Shown: positions 1 through 9,888 of the stretch, piece after piece
Position numbering within the stretch: the first letter of the stretch is position 1
Layout of the letters: the number at the start of each line of letters is the position of its first letter
Origin: Clostridia bacterium
GTDB taxonomy: Bacteria > Bacillota > Clostridia > TANB77 > CAG-508
Direction: 5' to 3'
NCBI GenBank assembly: GCA_017477355.1
Contig: JAFUWA010000012.1
Coordinates: 50,636 to 114,635, forward strand
DNA: 64,000 nt
Program-made: the position numbers and the translations under genes
Notes under the pieces: model-generated
What the model saw: the letters and a program-made list of their open reading frames with translations, nothing else
Database searches by the model: none
What the model was told of the DNA's origin: nothing

Positions 1-1123
1 TATTTCAGCATCAGAGCATAAAGCCATAGCTTTTGCTAATAATTTTTCATCAAATGTTACTTTATCTGTTACTGTCATTTTATTTTGTGTCAATGTACCA
101 GTTTTATCTGTGCAAATAATTTGAGTACATCCTAAAGTTTCTACTGCGCTCAACTTTCTTATCAATGCTTTACGTTTTGCCATAGATGTTACACCAATTG
201 ATAAGACAATTGTCACAATTGCCGGCAATCCTTCTGGAATTGCAGCAACAGCCAACGCTACCGCAACTAAGAAAGTATCTAATATATGTCCACCTGAAAA
301 ATCCCCTGCTTTAATCATTCCAAATAAAAATACAAAAATACTAATTCCAATAACTAGTTTTGTTAACGTTTTTGATAGCTCTGCCATTTTTCTTTGAAGT
401 GGAGTTTGTCCTTCTTCTGCATCTCGAAGAGCATCCGCAATTTTACCCATTTCTGTATTCATTCCAGTTCCGAGTTACTACTGCTTTTCCTCTACCATAA
501 ACAACCGTACTTCCACTATAAAGCATGTTTGTTCTATCTCCTAAAGGAATATCTAAAGTATTTTCTTTTAATGTTAAAATATCAATTATTTTGTTAACTG
601 GAACTGATTCTCCAGTAATGGCTGCTTCTTCCACTTTCATACTGTAACTCTCTAAAATTCTACAATCTGCAGGGACGCTATCTCCAGCTTCTAAAACAAT
701 AACATCTCCAACAACCAAATCTTCTGACTTAATAGCTTGAATTTTTCCATCACGAATTACTTTAGAAGTTGCTTTCGTCATTTCCATTAAAGAGCTAATT
801 GCATTTTCAGCTTTGCTTTCTTGAACCATTCCTAAAATTGTGTTAACAATTACTACAAATAAAATGATGAACACATCTGTAAAGCTTTCTCCTTGAATGA
901 TTGATGTTACTAACGAAATTCCAGCTGCTGCAAGAAGCATAATAATCATTGGATCTGCTAAAGATTTCAGAAATTTTTTAACAATTCCATCTTTTTTTGG
1001 CTCATCCAACTTATTTTTTCCATTCTTTTCAAGTCTTTGATTAGCTTCTTCACTTGAAATTCCTTGAAGTGTTGAAGAAAGCTCTTTTAGAACTTCTTCT
1101 GTACTTTGTAAATATTCTTTCAT
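1..1123 (-). CDS. P-type cation-transporting ATPase (Ca2+/Mn2+-type), N-terminal ~370 codons; gene runs off the window start; frame broken once at in-frame CGG 470-472
   Basis: ORF 443-1123 (MKEYLQSTEEVLKEL...GRGKAVVT) terminates shortly after the CGG. Dropping the C gives VVTGTGMNTEMGKIADALRDAEEGQTPLQRKMAELSKTLT..IPEGLPAIVTIVLSIGV..ICTDKTGTLTQNKM (DKTGT phosphorylation motif at 94-108), open to position 1. Confidence 0.85.
470..472 (-). other. in-frame CGG at +1 frame-break site (gta act CGG aac tgg)
   Basis: Skipping the C restores VVT-G-TGMNTEMGKIAD; the 0 frame hits a stop 11 codons later. Confidence 0.9.
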
Positions 1124-1140
1124 TTAAAACCTCCTTGGCA

Positions 1141-1275
1141 AACAAAAAAGACCGTTTGCATATTTTTTGCAAACAAGTCTCATTATTTAAAGCAGTTCCA
1201 GCCATTCTTTCTATTCAAGAATAACGGTTGTTGGAATTTGCTACATATTTCTATGCAAATTACTCCCTCATTTTT
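1141..1275 (-). promoter_or_regulatory. candidate yybP-ykoY-like (Mn2+) riboswitch with intrinsic terminator in the ATPase leader
   Basis: Minus strand reads AAAAAUGAGGGAGUAAUUUGC...GCAAAUU (GGGAGUA box followed by a hairpin) ... AAUGAGACUUGUUUGCAAAAAAUAUGCAAACGGUCUUUUUUG. The GAGAC box overlaps the 5' arm of a terminator stem (GACUUGUUUGCA / UGCAAACGGUC plus U-run). Recognised by eye only; no covariance model run. Confidence 0.35.
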
Positions 1276-1385
1276 ATGAATTATATATTAAATCAAAAAG
1301 AAAATCAAGTTTTTTTATAAACTTGTATCAATATTTTTTTAGTGGTATAATAAATATTAGTAAATCGTTTTTGCAAAGGAGAAAT

Positions 1386-1892
1386 ATGAAAAGAACAGAT
1401 TTGTTGGCAAAATCCAAAGAAGATACAGAATTTCAAGAAATTATCCAAGATATTTTAGAAAATAAAGAATTTCAAAAAACCAAAGAATTTAAAGTCCATG
1501 GAAATACAACTATTTTTGCTCATTGCTATACTGTTTCTTATTTTTGCTATCTATCTTGTAAAAAGAAAAAATTAGATTATCGTTCTGCCGCTCGTGGAGC
1601 ACTATTACACGATTTTTATTTATATGACTGGAGAGTCCCTAATAGCCATATTAGGCCACATGCTTTTACACATCCAATGACAGCTTACTTAAATGCCAAA
1701 AAACAATTTGATTTAAACTGGATGGAAAAAGATATGATTTTAACACACATGTTTCCAGTAACGCTATTTACCATTCCTCTTTGTCGTGAAGGATGGATTC
1801 TAACATTAGTAGATAAGTCCTGTGCAACAATTGAATTCTTTGACTCTATCAAACTAAAAATAAAAGAAAAAATTTTTAATATTGCAAAATAA
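1386..1892 (+). CDS. HD-domain phosphohydrolase
   Basis: ATG at 1386 follows AAGGAGA. Contains VHGNTTIFAHCYTVS and GALLHDFYLYDW (H..HD pattern of the HD superfamily). Confidence 0.7.
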   Translation: MKRTDLLAKSKEDTEFQEIIQDILENKEFQKTKEFKVHGNTTIFAHCYTVSYFCYLSCKKKKLDYRSAARGALLHDFYLYDWRVPNSHIRPHAFTHPMTAYLNAKKQFDLNWMEKDMILTHMFPVTLFTIPLCREGWILTLVDKSCATIEFFDSIKLKIKEKIFNIAK

Positions 1893-1896
1893 AAAA

Positions 1897-1938
1897 ATCT
1901 TCTCTATCATTTATTTAATGATAGAAAAGATTTTTTTG
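1897..1938. terminator. bidirectional intrinsic terminator between convergent genes
   Basis: Stem ATCTTCTCTATCAT / ATGATAGAAAAGAT flanked by an A-run and a T-run. Confidence 0.6.
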
Positions 1939-1958
1939 TTCATAACATTTTCTCATTT

Positions 1959-3401
1959 CTACTTTTCGCTCAAAATTCTTGCCATAGCTACTCCAGATGC
2001 AGATGCCATCATCAATCCTCTTGTCATTCCACATCCATCCCCAATAGAATATAATCCTTTCACACTTGACTCAAAATTGTTATCTAAAACAAGTTCATTA
2101 CTATAAAACTTGATTTCAGGTCCATATAATAAATTATCAGGAGCGGCAAACCCTTCTACAACTTTATCCATTTCTTGAATAAAATTAAGAATATCACTCA
2201 TTGTTCTATATCCAATAGCAAATGTGATATCTCCTGGAACTGCTGATTTTAAGGTTGGGACAACTGTATTTCTGTCCAACTCCTCTTGCCATGTTCTTTT
2301 TCCTCTAAAAATATCTCCTAATCTTTGAACAACAATATTTCCATTTCCTAATTCATTTAAGTTTTTGGCTACATTTCTACCATATAGAATTGGATTATTA
2401 AATGGCTCATTAAAATTATGAGATACTAAGATTGCTAAATTTGTGTTTGTACTTTTCTTATCTTTGTAAGAATGTCCATTTACTAAGGCCATATCATGAT
2501 CATATACTTCTGATGATACAAAACCACTAGGATTTTGACAGAAAGTTCTAACTTTATCTTTAAATGGATGAGGTCTTCCAATAAATTTTCCTTCATACAT
2601 ATATTGATTAATTTTTTCCATTACTTTATCTGGAAGCTCATATCGAATTCCAATATCTACAACACCTGGATGAGTTTTGATTTGATGTTTATTACAAATA
2701 TCTGATAACCAATTTGCTCCTTTTCTTCCAACTGCAATAACTACTTTATCAGCAAATACTTCTTCTAGTTCTGCCTCTTCGTTTTCTACTTCTCTAGAAG
2801 GTTTTATTTTTACTCCTTTAATTTTATCATTTTCAATAATTAAATCATCTACAATTGTTCCAAAAGACATTTCTACTCCAGATTTCTCTAGATATTCTTC
2901 GATTTGTTTATATAAACTATGTGCTTTTTCCGTTCCTAAATGTCTAATTGGAATACTAATTAATTCTATTCCTTGCTTTTTCGCTTTCTGCTTAATTTTG
3001 GAAACTTCTTCTTTATATTCAATTCCTTCTAAGTGTTTATCAGCCCCAAAATCCAAATAAATTTGATCTGTATAATCGATTAATCTTTTTGTCTCTTCTA
3101 CCCCTAAATATTTGTGCAAATTTCCGCCAACATAAAAGTCTTCATCTTCTTCGTTATATAATGAAAGTTTACCATCTGAAAACGCTCCTGCACCAGAAAA
3201 TCCACTTGTAATATTACAAAATGGTTTGCACTTTACACATTTTCCTGTTTTTTCAATTGGACAATTTCTATCTTCTACTCTTTTACCTTGATCAATTAAC
3301 AACACATCTTTTTTCGAACCTAGCTTTAAATTTTCATAAGCAAAAAAGACAGAACTTGGTCCCATTCCCACAACGATTATATCATATTTTTTCTTATTCA
3401 T
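1959..3401 (-). CDS. FAD-dependent oxidoreductase (COG2509-like)
   Basis: 480 aa. N-terminal Rossmann motif YDIIVVGMGPSSVFFA; C-terminal GDGCGMTRGLMMASASG typical of this family. Confidence 0.75.
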   Translation of the reverse strand: MNKKKYDIIVVGMGPSSVFFAYENLKLGSKKDVLLIDQGKRVEDRNCPIEKTGKCVKCKPFCNITSGFSGAGAFSDGKLSLYNEEDEDFYVGGNLHKYLGVEETKRLIDYTDQIYLDFGADKHLEGIEYKEEVSKIKQKAKKQGIELISIPIRHLGTEKAHSLYKQIEEYLEKSGVEMSFGTIVDDLIIENDKIKGVKIKPSREVENEEAELEEVFADKVVIAVGRKGANWLSDICNKHQIKTHPGVVDIGIRYELPDKVMEKINQYMYEGKFIGRPHPFKDKVRTFCQNPSGFVSSEVYDHDMALVNGHSYKDKKSTNTNLAILVSHNFNEPFNNPILYGRNVAKNLNELGNGNIVVQRLGDIFRGKRTWQEELDRNTVVPTLKSAVPGDITFAIGYRTMSDILNFIQEMDKVVEGFAAPDNLLYGPEIKFYSNELVLDNNFESSVKGLYSIGDGCGMTRGLMMASASGVAMARILSEK

Positions 3402-3471
3402 AAGTAGTTACCTCCTATTTTAATGAAACTCATCATCTTACGTTATTGCAATATCACAAATTTCATTAAAA

Positions 3472-4331
3472 TTAAAATTTTAACATCTCTAAAATCTTAC
3501 TTTTGTGTTCCATAACCGCATCATATCCGGCCTTTATTACTGCTTTCGTATCTTTAATTCCAAGAAGAGACGTATCTTCTGTTTTCACAATTGCTGCTAC
3601 ATTTGATTTTTCTCTTCCTTTTTTTACATTCTCCAATGAAAAAATATCCAAAGCTCTTATTACTACATCAAAAAAATTGTTAGATGGAGTGTATGAATCC
3701 AAATCAAAACTAACTGATATGATTTTATCTGCTCCTTGCTTTTTTAGAACATCCACTTGCATATTATTTTTCGTTCCACCATCAATCAAGTTGTATCCAT
3801 TATAATTGCAAGTTGTATAAAGTCCTGGGAAAGACATGCTTGCGCGAACTGCTTTTCCAATAGGCATATCATAAATATATAAAATATTATTATCTTCATT
3901 TTCTATTTTTTGAGAACAACAATTGACTTCTTTCATACTAACTGTTTCACATGTTACTGTCACAAGAGAGATTTTCGTTTCATTCATATTTTTGATATTT
4001 TTCTTTTCTGCAATAGAATTTGCTATTTCCTCTATTTTTTCTCCATTGCTGATTCCATCTATTTTAGCTTCTCTATGAAAAGCCATATTTCCAACGGTTT
4101 TAGCAATTGCACTTTTTTCAATTGTTGCAATTCTTTGATAGCATCCTTCAATTACTTCTTCCATCTCATAAGAATCATATCCGACAAGCAATTGTCATTG
4201 CCATCAAGCTTCCTGAACTTGTACCAGAAATAAAATCTATAGGAACCCCCAACTCTTCTAAAGCCCTATAAGCTCCAATATGGGCAACCCCTTTTAATCC
4301 ACCGACCTGCTAATGCTAAACCTATTTTCAT
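3472..4331 (-). CDS. patatin-like phospholipase; frame broken twice at in-frame CGG (4302-4304 and 4181-4183)
   Basis: ATG at 4331 follows AAGGAGA. With both Cs skipped: MKIGLALAGGGLKGVAHIGAYRALEELGVPIDFISGTSSGSLMAMTIACGYDSYEMEE..., showing the patatin GGGxxG oxyanion and GTSxG nucleophile motifs. Continues into ORF 3472-4191 with DGG near the C-terminus. Confidence 0.85.
4181..4183 (-). other. in-frame CGG at +1 frame-break site (gct tgt CGG ata tga)
   Basis: Skipping the C restores MTIAC-G-YDSYEMEE; the 0 frame stops 2 codons later. Confidence 0.9.
4302..4304 (-). other. in-frame CGG at +1 frame-break site (gca ggt CGG tgg att)
   Basis: Skipping the C restores GLALAG-G-GLKGVAHIGA (conserved GGG of patatin). 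Confidence 0.9.
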
Positions 4332-4477
4332 TTTTATCTCCTTATTTTTTTCAGTATCATATTACTATATAATTATAAATTTTGCAAATTTTTTTTAATT
4401 TTCTTTTCATTATTGTATATTTTGTTAATTTGTATTATACTATGTATATCAAAATTAAATAAAAAGAGGTGATTTTT

Positions 4478-5176
4478 ATGATGGGAGATGATAATCAAGG
4501 CCCTATTGTGCAAGAGCAATCTCATTTAAGTGTTAATACATTCTTAACAAAAGTATTCTTTAGAATGTTTTTAGGATTGTTAGCAACAGCAATCGTCGCA
4601 GGATATACTTACTACTCTGGTTTATTAGAAGACGTAGCTGAAAGTGGTGCTTTTATATTTTTTATCATTGCAGAATTTGTAGTTGCAATTGTTTTTTCCC
4701 TTGGCTTTAGAAAATTTTCATCTGGAGTTGTAACAGCTTTATTTTTTGCATATGCAATGTTAACAGGTGTAACATTTTCTGCTATTTTTGTTGTTTTCGA
4801 TGCTGCTTCTATTGCCTATGCATTTATTGGAACTGCTGCCATTTTTGGAGTAATGGCCTATATTGGAAAAAATACAACAAAAGATTTAACAAGTTTAGGA
4901 ACAATTCTATCCGTTTCTTTAATAACTGCAGTTATTGTTTCAATCATTAATTTGTTTGTTGGAAATGGAATGATTGACATTATTTTAGATTGGGTTATTA
5001 TTGCAATATTCATGGGCTTTACAGTTTATGATATGAATAAAATTGTTGCACTTAGAGATTCAGGATACTCTGATGACGAGCACTTATATGTATATGGTGC
5101 AATGGAATTATATTTAGATTTTATCAATTTATTTATTAGAATATTATCTGTTATTGGAAGATATAGAAGAGACTAA
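4478..5176 (+). CDS. BAX inhibitor-1/YccA family membrane protein
   Basis: Start ATG at 4478 after AGAGGTG. Polytopic; the FLTKVFFRMFLGLLATA ... YVYGAMELYLDFINLF pattern is typical of the BI-1 family. Confidence 0.75.
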   Translation: MMGDDNQGPIVQEQSHLSVNTFLTKVFFRMFLGLLATAIVAGYTYYSGLLEDVAESGAFIFFIIAEFVVAIVFSLGFRKFSSGVVTALFFAYAMLTGVTFSAIFVVFDAASIAYAFIGTAAIFGVMAYIGKNTTKDLTSLGTILSVSLITAVIVSIINLFVGNGMIDIILDWVIIAIFMGFTVYDMNKIVALRDSGYSDDEHLYVYGAMELYLDFINLFIRILSVIGRYRRD

Positions 5177-5190
5177 AATTTAAGAAAAAC

Positions 5191-5277
5191 TTGAGGGAAT
5201 TGGGGACGTACCACTTTTCCCTCTTTTATTTTTAAATCATAAAAGAGGGAAAAGTGGTACGTCCCCAATTCCCTCAA
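5191..5277. repeat. inverted pair of the GGGACGTACCAC-core palindromic repeat unit (copy A); also a bidirectional terminator
   Basis: Left unit GAGGGAATTGGGGACGTACCACTTTTCCCTC (5193-5223); right unit is its reverse complement (5245-5275). Lies between convergent genes. Confidence 0.9.
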
Positions 5278-5951
5278 ATTACATATATCAAAATACACAA
5301 AAAATGTAAAATACTTGCAACCAAAATACACATATGAAAAATAGAATGCATCCATTTATGTTTCTTTCCTACCCCATATAAAACAGCACCAACTGAATAA
5401 ATAATTCCACCTGCCACTAATAAAATAAATCCAAATAAGCCCAATAAATCAAACAATAACTTTACCTTGATAATAGCTGCCCAACCCATTACTAAATAGC
5501 AAATCATGGAAAACTTTTTAAAATATTTAATATCAATACTATTTAAAGTGATTCCTAAAGCTGCAATTCCCCACATAATTCCAAATATACTCCATCCCCA
5601 GGCAGGACTTGCTTCTCTTATTAAGCATAATGCAAACGGTGTATAACATCCAGCAATCATCACAAAAATCATGCAATGATCTAATACTTGAAAAACTCTT
5701 TTAGCAAATAAATTCTTGCTTAAGCCATGATAAACACTACTCATTGTATACAGTAAAACAAGTGAGATTCCATAGATAATACCACTAACAATTCCATATG
5801 GATTATGACGAATTCCCCCAAAAACACTACATAGCACAATTGCAATAATTCCTAGAAAGCCACCAACAATATGGCTAACCATATTAAATATTTCCTCACC
5901 TTTAGTATAAACAGGCATTTCTCTATCTTTTAATTTTGTTCTAAATCCCAA
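5274..5951 (-). CDS. hemolysin III / PAQR family membrane protein
   Basis: 225 aa, 7 predicted TM segments. EEIFNMVSHIVG ... LDHCMIF ... WMHSIFHMCILVASILH motifs of the HlyIII family. Confidence 0.8.
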   Translation of the reverse strand: MGFRTKLKDREMPVYTKGEEIFNMVSHIVGGFLGIIAIVLCSVFGGIRHNPYGIVSGIIYGISLVLLYTMSSVYHGLSKNLFAKRVFQVLDHCMIFVMIAGCYTPFALCLIREASPAWGWSIFGIMWGIAALGITLNSIDIKYFKKFSMICYLVMGWAAIIKVKLLFDLLGLFGFILLVAGGIIYSVGAVLYGVGKKHKWMHSIFHMCILVASILHFLCILIYVI

Positions 5952-5961
5952 TTTTTCACCT

Positions 5962-6616
5962 CTAATTATCTGCTGGATTAGAACTTACTGAATCATAAGC
6001 TCTATATCCTTCTAAATTTGGAAATGCAATTTCTTCTTTTGAAACAGCATTTTTTTCTACTTTAAATTCCGTAATAAATTCGAAATTTCCAGCATTTTGA
6101 ATCATTTTATCAACTATTTTAGTTACCTTATTAATATAAATATAAGTAATTTTCTTGCTTCCACTTTCTTTAAACTGTAACTTATAATGTCCGTCTTCTT
6201 CTCCTAAATATCGAAATTTCTGATTAGAATTCTCAAAAAAATCGTGAATATATGTGTAATTCAAAGAATTTACCTTTAATTCATCATCATTTTGATCCAA
6301 AATCGCCGTTTTATATTCATCATCATAAGCAACTCTTTTCGCTTCAAATTCGCTTACCCAAATTTTCGTATTTCCTTCTTCTATTACTAAAACTTTATCT
6401 CTTACATAAACTTTCGTTTCTTGACCGATTAACAACTTCTACAAGCTCATAATTATTTGCGTCATTGTCTTGAAGCATTTTTTTAAACCTAGCTTCTTGT
6501 ATCTTTTCAAAAATGATAAATCCAAGAATAATTAAACCAAGAATACAAATGATTCCTATTAAAATTTTTACAATATTTTTATTTTTGTTAGTTTTCTTTT
6601 TCACCTCTAACTTCAA
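5962..6616 (-). CDS. membrane-anchored hypothetical protein; frame broken at in-frame CGG 6425-6427
   Basis: ORF 6395-6616 (N-terminal TM anchor) and ORF 5962-6435 join seamlessly if the C is skipped: ...NYELVEVVNGQETKVYVRDKVLVIEEG... Confidence 0.6.
6425..6427 (-). other. in-frame CGG at +1 frame-break site (gtt aat CGG tca aga)
   Basis: Skipping the C joins the two ORFs: ELVEVVN-G-QETKVYVRD. Confidence 0.8.
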
Positions 6617-6734
6617 CCTCTAATCTCTAATTTCTAAAACATTATACCAAATTAATTTTGGAAAGTCCATTTTTTCTTGCAATTTTTTAAATTCTATTAT
6701 AAGATAAGAATATATCATAAAAGGAATGGAAAAA

Positions 6735-7742
6735 ATGACTGTTGAACTTTTAGAAAAAGAATTAAATAGTGATAAAGAACTACGAACATTATATCTTTTA
6801 TATGGTGAAGAACAATTTCTTTTAGATTCTTGTCTGAAAAAAATCAAAAAAAGATTCGGAGATCTTTTGCAGGGAATTAATTACGTTATTATTGATGAAA
6901 CTTCAATAGATGATTTAATTTACAATATAGAAAGTCCTGCTTTTGGATATGATCAAAAATTAATTATTGTTAAAAACTCAGGACTCTTTAAAAAAGATGG
7001 TAGAAAAAAACAAGGATCCCCTGTTCAAGAAAAAATTGCTGAATACTTAATGTCTACTGAATTAGATCATGATGTAGTTATCGTTTTCATAGAAGAAACT
7101 GTAGACAAAAATAATGTATTTGAAGCACTTTCTCAAAATGGAGTCATTGTTGAATTTAAAGAGCTTGATGAACTCTCTCTTGTCAAAAGACTAAAACAAA
7201 TTGCAGCAATGTATAAAGTAACTATTAGTGATCAAAATGTAAAATATCTTATTGAAGTTTCAGGAACAAATATGCAATACTTAATTAATGAAATTAGAAA
7301 ATTAATTGAATTTGCCGGTCCTAATGGAACTATTGATAAAGATGCAATTGACAAACTTGCCATCAAACAAATTGATAGCGTTATTTTTGATTTAACAGAT
7401 AACCTTGGCAACAAAAAAACACAAAAAGCTTTAGAAGTTTTGAATGGTTTAATTTATAATAAAGAACCTCTTCAAAAAATTCTTGTAACTTTATATAATC
7501 ACTTCAAGAAATTATATCTATGTAGTATTGCCGTAAAAAATAATAGAGATATTGCAAGTTCTATTGGCTTAAAACCAAATCAAACATTTTTAGTAAACAA
7601 GTATAAACGTCAATTAAACTTTTTTCAAGAATCCTCTTTAAGAAAAATATTAGAGGAATTTGTTAATTTAGACTATAACTCTAAAAATGGAAAAATCGAC
7701 TTAGAAATCGGACTAAAGTCCATACTATGCAATTATTGTTGA
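6735..7742 (+). CDS. holA: DNA polymerase III delta subunit
   Basis: LYLLYGEEQFLLDSCLKKIKKRF N-terminus and overall length typical of HolA. The ATG at 6735 has better spacing to AAGGA than the ATG at 6726. Confidence 0.75.
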   Translation: MTVELLEKELNSDKELRTLYLLYGEEQFLLDSCLKKIKKRFGDLLQGINYVIIDETSIDDLIYNIESPAFGYDQKLIIVKNSGLFKKDGRKKQGSPVQEKIAEYLMSTELDHDVVIVFIEETVDKNNVFEALSQNGVIVEFKELDELSLVKRLKQIAAMYKVTISDQNVKYLIEVSGTNMQYLINEIRKLIEFAGPNGTIDKDAIDKLAIKQIDSVIFDLTDNLGNKKTQKALEVLNGLIYNKEPLQKILVTLYNHFKKLYLCSIAVKNNRDIASSIGLKPNQTFLVNKYKRQLNFFQESSLRKILEEFVNLDYNSKNGKIDLEIGLKSILCNYC

Positions 7743-7890
7743 ATTAGATATTAGAGACTATATAGTAGAAGTTAATAATCATAATTTTATAAAAACGATA
7801 TATACTAATTATATATCGTTTTTATTATGTTCTACACAAACCAAAAACTTATTTAAACTCAATTATAGAAATGTAAGTAAAAGGAGAATT

Positions 7891-8823
7891 ATGATTAAAT
7901 ATATTATTTTTATTATCATTGGATTTTTTCTATTAATAAAGGGCGCTGACTTTTTAGTAAATGGAGCAAGTAGTTTAGCTAAAAAATTTAGAATTCCTAA
8001 TATTGTAATTGGGTTAACAATTGTATCAATCGGAACATCAGCACCAGAATTATTTGTATCCATTACTTCTAGTATTCAAAAGGCATCTGACATTTCTGTG
8101 GGAAATGTCATAGGAAGTAACTTATGTAATCTTCTGTTCATTTTAGGAACAACAGCTATTATAAAAGATATTCAATTTAAAAGTTCCACCAAATATATTG
8201 AAATTCCATTTTTGATTTTTACTAATATTCTCTTTTTTGTGTTAGTACAAGATGGTATTCTCTCTCAAAAAGAATCTTGTATTTTAGTTTTCTTATTCAT
8301 CTGCTTTCTTACTTATACTTACTTAGAATCCCAAAAAAATCAAACTTATCCTCAAGAAAGCATAAAGGAAATTTCTATTTTAGGAAGTATCTTTAGCATC
8401 ATTATTGGAATCATCGCATTAAAATATGGTGGAGAATTTGTTGTAGAAAATGCCAAAAGATTAGCCAAACTATTCAAAGTAAGTGACAAAATCATTGGCT
8501 GTACCATTATAGCAATTGGAACCAGCCTTCCAGAGTTAATTACATCTATTGTATCAGCCAAAAGAGGTAATACTGATTTAGCACTAGGAAATATCATCGG
8601 ATCTAATATTTTTAATGTATTGCTTATCTTAGGAATATCCAGCTTTATCAATACAATTCATTTTAACTTAAATTATAACTTAGACATCATCATCTTATAC
8701 ACTGCTAGTTTGCTATTATTTCTCTTCCCTCATTTTGCGCCCAAAAATTATATGTCTAAGAAAGAAGGTTTTTTATTTTTAGGAACTTATCTTGTTTATA
8801 TGTTAATTACTGTTCTTCATTAA
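7891..8823 (+). CDS. Ca2+/Na+ antiporter (CaCA/YrbG family)
   Basis: Two alpha-repeats, GLTIVSIGTSAPELFVS and GCTIIAIGTSLPELITS. Confidence 0.85.
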   Translation: MIKYIIFIIIGFFLLIKGADFLVNGASSLAKKFRIPNIVIGLTIVSIGTSAPELFVSITSSIQKASDISVGNVIGSNLCNLLFILGTTAIIKDIQFKSSTKYIEIPFLIFTNILFFVLVQDGILSQKESCILVFLFICFLTYTYLESQKNQTYPQESIKEISILGSIFSIIIGIIALKYGGEFVVENAKRLAKLFKVSDKIIGCTIIAIGTSLPELITSIVSAKRGNTDLALGNIIGSNIFNVLLILGISSFINTIHFNLNYNLDIIILYTASLLLFLFPHFAPKNYMSKKEGFLFLGTYLVYMLITVLH

Positions 8824-8895
8824 AATACTTCTTGACAGTAAACTCTTTTTTTTATATGATATTGATGAAAATAGTTTTAACCTTTGGAGGGTATT

Positions 8896-9780
8896 ATGGA
8901 TAAAGAATTAGTACAACTTTTATTTGACACAAACGCATTTAGAGTAGCTCCTGAAAATAAACCTTTCTGGTATACTTCCGGAAAAATCGGACCATACTTT
9001 GTAAATGTGGATTATTTATATGGTAGCAAAGAAGAGTCTCAAGACTTGTTAAAAGATATAGATGAGATGCTTGCTACTAGTGATAAAGAAGAGATACCAT
9101 ATCTTCTTTGCGAAGAAATCATGTATCACTATGATACTAATGAAATGTTCAAAACAACAATTGATAAATTGGTTCAATATATCGAAGATAATTTTGAAAC
9201 AAATTTAATTGATTATATTTCTGGCGGTGAAAGAAGAGATTGGTTCTTTTCAATTCCAGTAGCAAACTTGCTTGGAAAACCACATATTACTATTTATAAA
9301 GACTTAACAACGGTTGCTAGTACAAGTGACTTTGAAGAATCAACAACAATCGAATCTTTAAATGGAAAAAGAGTATTCCATGTTGCAGATATATTAAATA
9401 CTGGATCTAGTTTTGAAAAAGCTTGGGTTCCAGCAATTAATAAGCTAGGATCAAAAATCAACTGGGCATTGTTTCCAGTTGATAGAAATCAAAAAGGTGA
9501 TAAAAAATTAGCAGAATTAGGAGTTCAAACATATTCACTTGTTAAAATTTCTGAGGAATTATTTAACATTGCTATTCAATATAATATCATCAGTCTTCCT
9601 CAATATGAATTACTTAGAAAGTATCTTATAGATCCTGATGGTACAATGAGAGAATTTATCACTAAGCATCCAACATTTATAGATGATACAATTCAACACT
9701 CTCAAGATGAAAAAGCAGTGAAACGTGCAAAGCTTTGTAAAGAACAAAATTATTACGGAGATACTATTGGAGAAGAATAA
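8896..9780 (+). CDS. phosphoribosyltransferase-like protein (OPRT-related)
   Basis: ATG at 8896 after GGAGGG. FWYTSGKIGPYFVN resembles the OPRT N-terminal motif; VFHVADILNTGSS resembles a PRPP-binding loop. Confidence 0.5.
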   Translation: MDKELVQLLFDTNAFRVAPENKPFWYTSGKIGPYFVNVDYLYGSKEESQDLLKDIDEMLATSDKEEIPYLLCEEIMYHYDTNEMFKTTIDKLVQYIEDNFETNLIDYISGGERRDWFFSIPVANLLGKPHITIYKDLTTVASTSDFEESTTIESLNGKRVFHVADILNTGSSFEKAWVPAINKLGSKINWALFPVDRNQKGDKKLAELGVQTYSLVKISEELFNIAIQYNIISLPQYELLRKYLIDPDGTMREFITKHPTFIDDTIQHSQDEKAVKRAKLCKEQNYYGDTIGEE

Positions 9781-9798
9781 AGAAAATTAAAAAGAAAC

Positions 9799-9876
9799 GA
9801 GGGAAAAAGGGACGTACCACTTTTCCCGTATTTTTTGCACATAAAAAGGGAAAAGTGGTACGTCCCTTTTTCCCTC
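9799..9876. repeat. inverted pair of the GGGACGTACCAC-core repeat unit (copy B); bidirectional terminator
   Basis: GAGGGAAAAAGGGACGTACCACTTTTCCC (9799-9827) and its reverse complement (9848-9876), between convergent genes. Confidence 0.9.
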
Positions 9877-9888
9877 TCTTTTTAAAAT

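Noticed and set aside
5274-5276. Alternative genetic code with TGA as a sense codon (code 4)
   Set aside because: TGA terminates conserved genes at the expected length, for example hlyIII. I saw no in-frame TGA inside conserved domains.
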